A stretch of 64,000 bases of DNA from Octopus vulgaris (lineage: Eukaryota), in contig OX597818.1 of assembly GCA_951406725.2 (NCBI GenBank), positions 4,650,001 through 4,714,000 of the forward strand, read 5' to 3'. Below the pieces are notes generated by a model that was given only the letters and a program-made list of their open reading frames with translations, made no database searches and was not told where the DNA came from. Positions 63,296-64,000 of this stretch are shown one piece after another (within the stretch, counting starts at the first letter, position 1; each line of letters opens with the position of its first letter). The position numbers and the translations under genes are program-made.

Positions 63296-63998
63296 GGTCT
63301 CACTATGGAAATGACTAGAGACCGAGACCTATGGAAGTATGCTGTGCGTGAGAAGACCCGGCAATAGTAGTGAAGCCATAATCCGTGGCCCCTACCTGGG
63401 ACGTAGTCAGTCCACCTGTGCATACCTTCCTTCTTGTGACACTTGTGAAGACCTGTTGAGGCAAGTGAGAATCGAATCAAATCAAATCAAATCGAACCAA
63501 ATCAAAATAGATGAACATCAATGGAATTTGTATCCTTGTGGTACCAGTGCCGGTGGCACATAAGAAAACCATCCGAACGTGACCGTAGCCAGTACCGCAA
63601 TGACTGGCCTCCGTGCTGAGGGCACGTAACAAACACCATCCGAGCGTGGCCGTCCGCCAGCCTCGTCTGGCACCTGTGTCGGTGACACATAAGAAAACAC
63701 CATCCAAGCGTGGCCGTCAGCCAGCCTCGTCTGGCACCTGTGTCGGTGGCACATAAAAAACACCATCCGAGCGTGGCCGTCTGCCAGCCTCGTCTGGCAC
63801 CTGTGTCGGTGGCACATAAAATCACCCACTACACTCTCGGAGTGGTTGGCGTTAGGAAGGGCATCCAGCTGTAGAAACACTGCCAGATCTGACTGGCCTG
63901 GTGCAGCCTTCGGGCTTGCCAGACCCCAGTTGAACCGTCCAACCCATGCTAACATGGAAAGCGGACGTTAAACGATGATGATGATGATGATGATGATG
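63296..63998 (+). mobile_element. Young RTE 3' end with repeat array and (GAT)n tail
   Basis: CpG-rich 3' UTR, five repeat modules at 63547-63827, tail at 63974-63998. Confidence 0.9.
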
Positions 63999-64000
63999 TC

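Noticed and set aside
63547-63827. Repeat plus variable segment pattern as a CRISPR array
   Set aside because: The intervening segments are homologous to each other, several identical, and lie within a LINE 3' UTR.

Overview
AT-rich, microsatellite-rich eukaryotic DNA with no bacterial-style organisation. The repeat families resemble those I associate with octopus genomes, which is an inference. Most of the window is decayed transposon sequence: about 10 RTE-clade LINE pieces, two Tx1/L1-like LINE relics, at least five Penelope-like (PLE) fragments, a HERO-like 3' end, two Tc1/mariner relics and three tRNA-derived SINE families. These sit in or upstream of the long introns of one minus-strand host gene, whose three phase-compatible coding exons (35195-35339, 20670-21328, 15300-15582) encode a Q/H/D-rich protein with a BEN domain. 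The standout is an apparently complete ~2.44-kb Crypton-type tyrosine-recombinase transposon (45617-48059). It has 8-bp terminal direct repeats, an intact 522-aa ORF with all catalytic residues and an SH3/Tudor-like N-terminus, a 41-bp-arm terminal hairpin that would lengthen on circularisation, and a perfect 3x38-bp repeat. Also notable are type I hammerhead ribozymes, some in a retrozyme-like tandem plus inverted repeat and sharing an odd A.A closure of stem II, and modular pseudoknot-plus-variable-hairpin arrays in RTE 3' UTRs. All calls were made by eye without database searches, and boundaries of decayed repeats are approximate.
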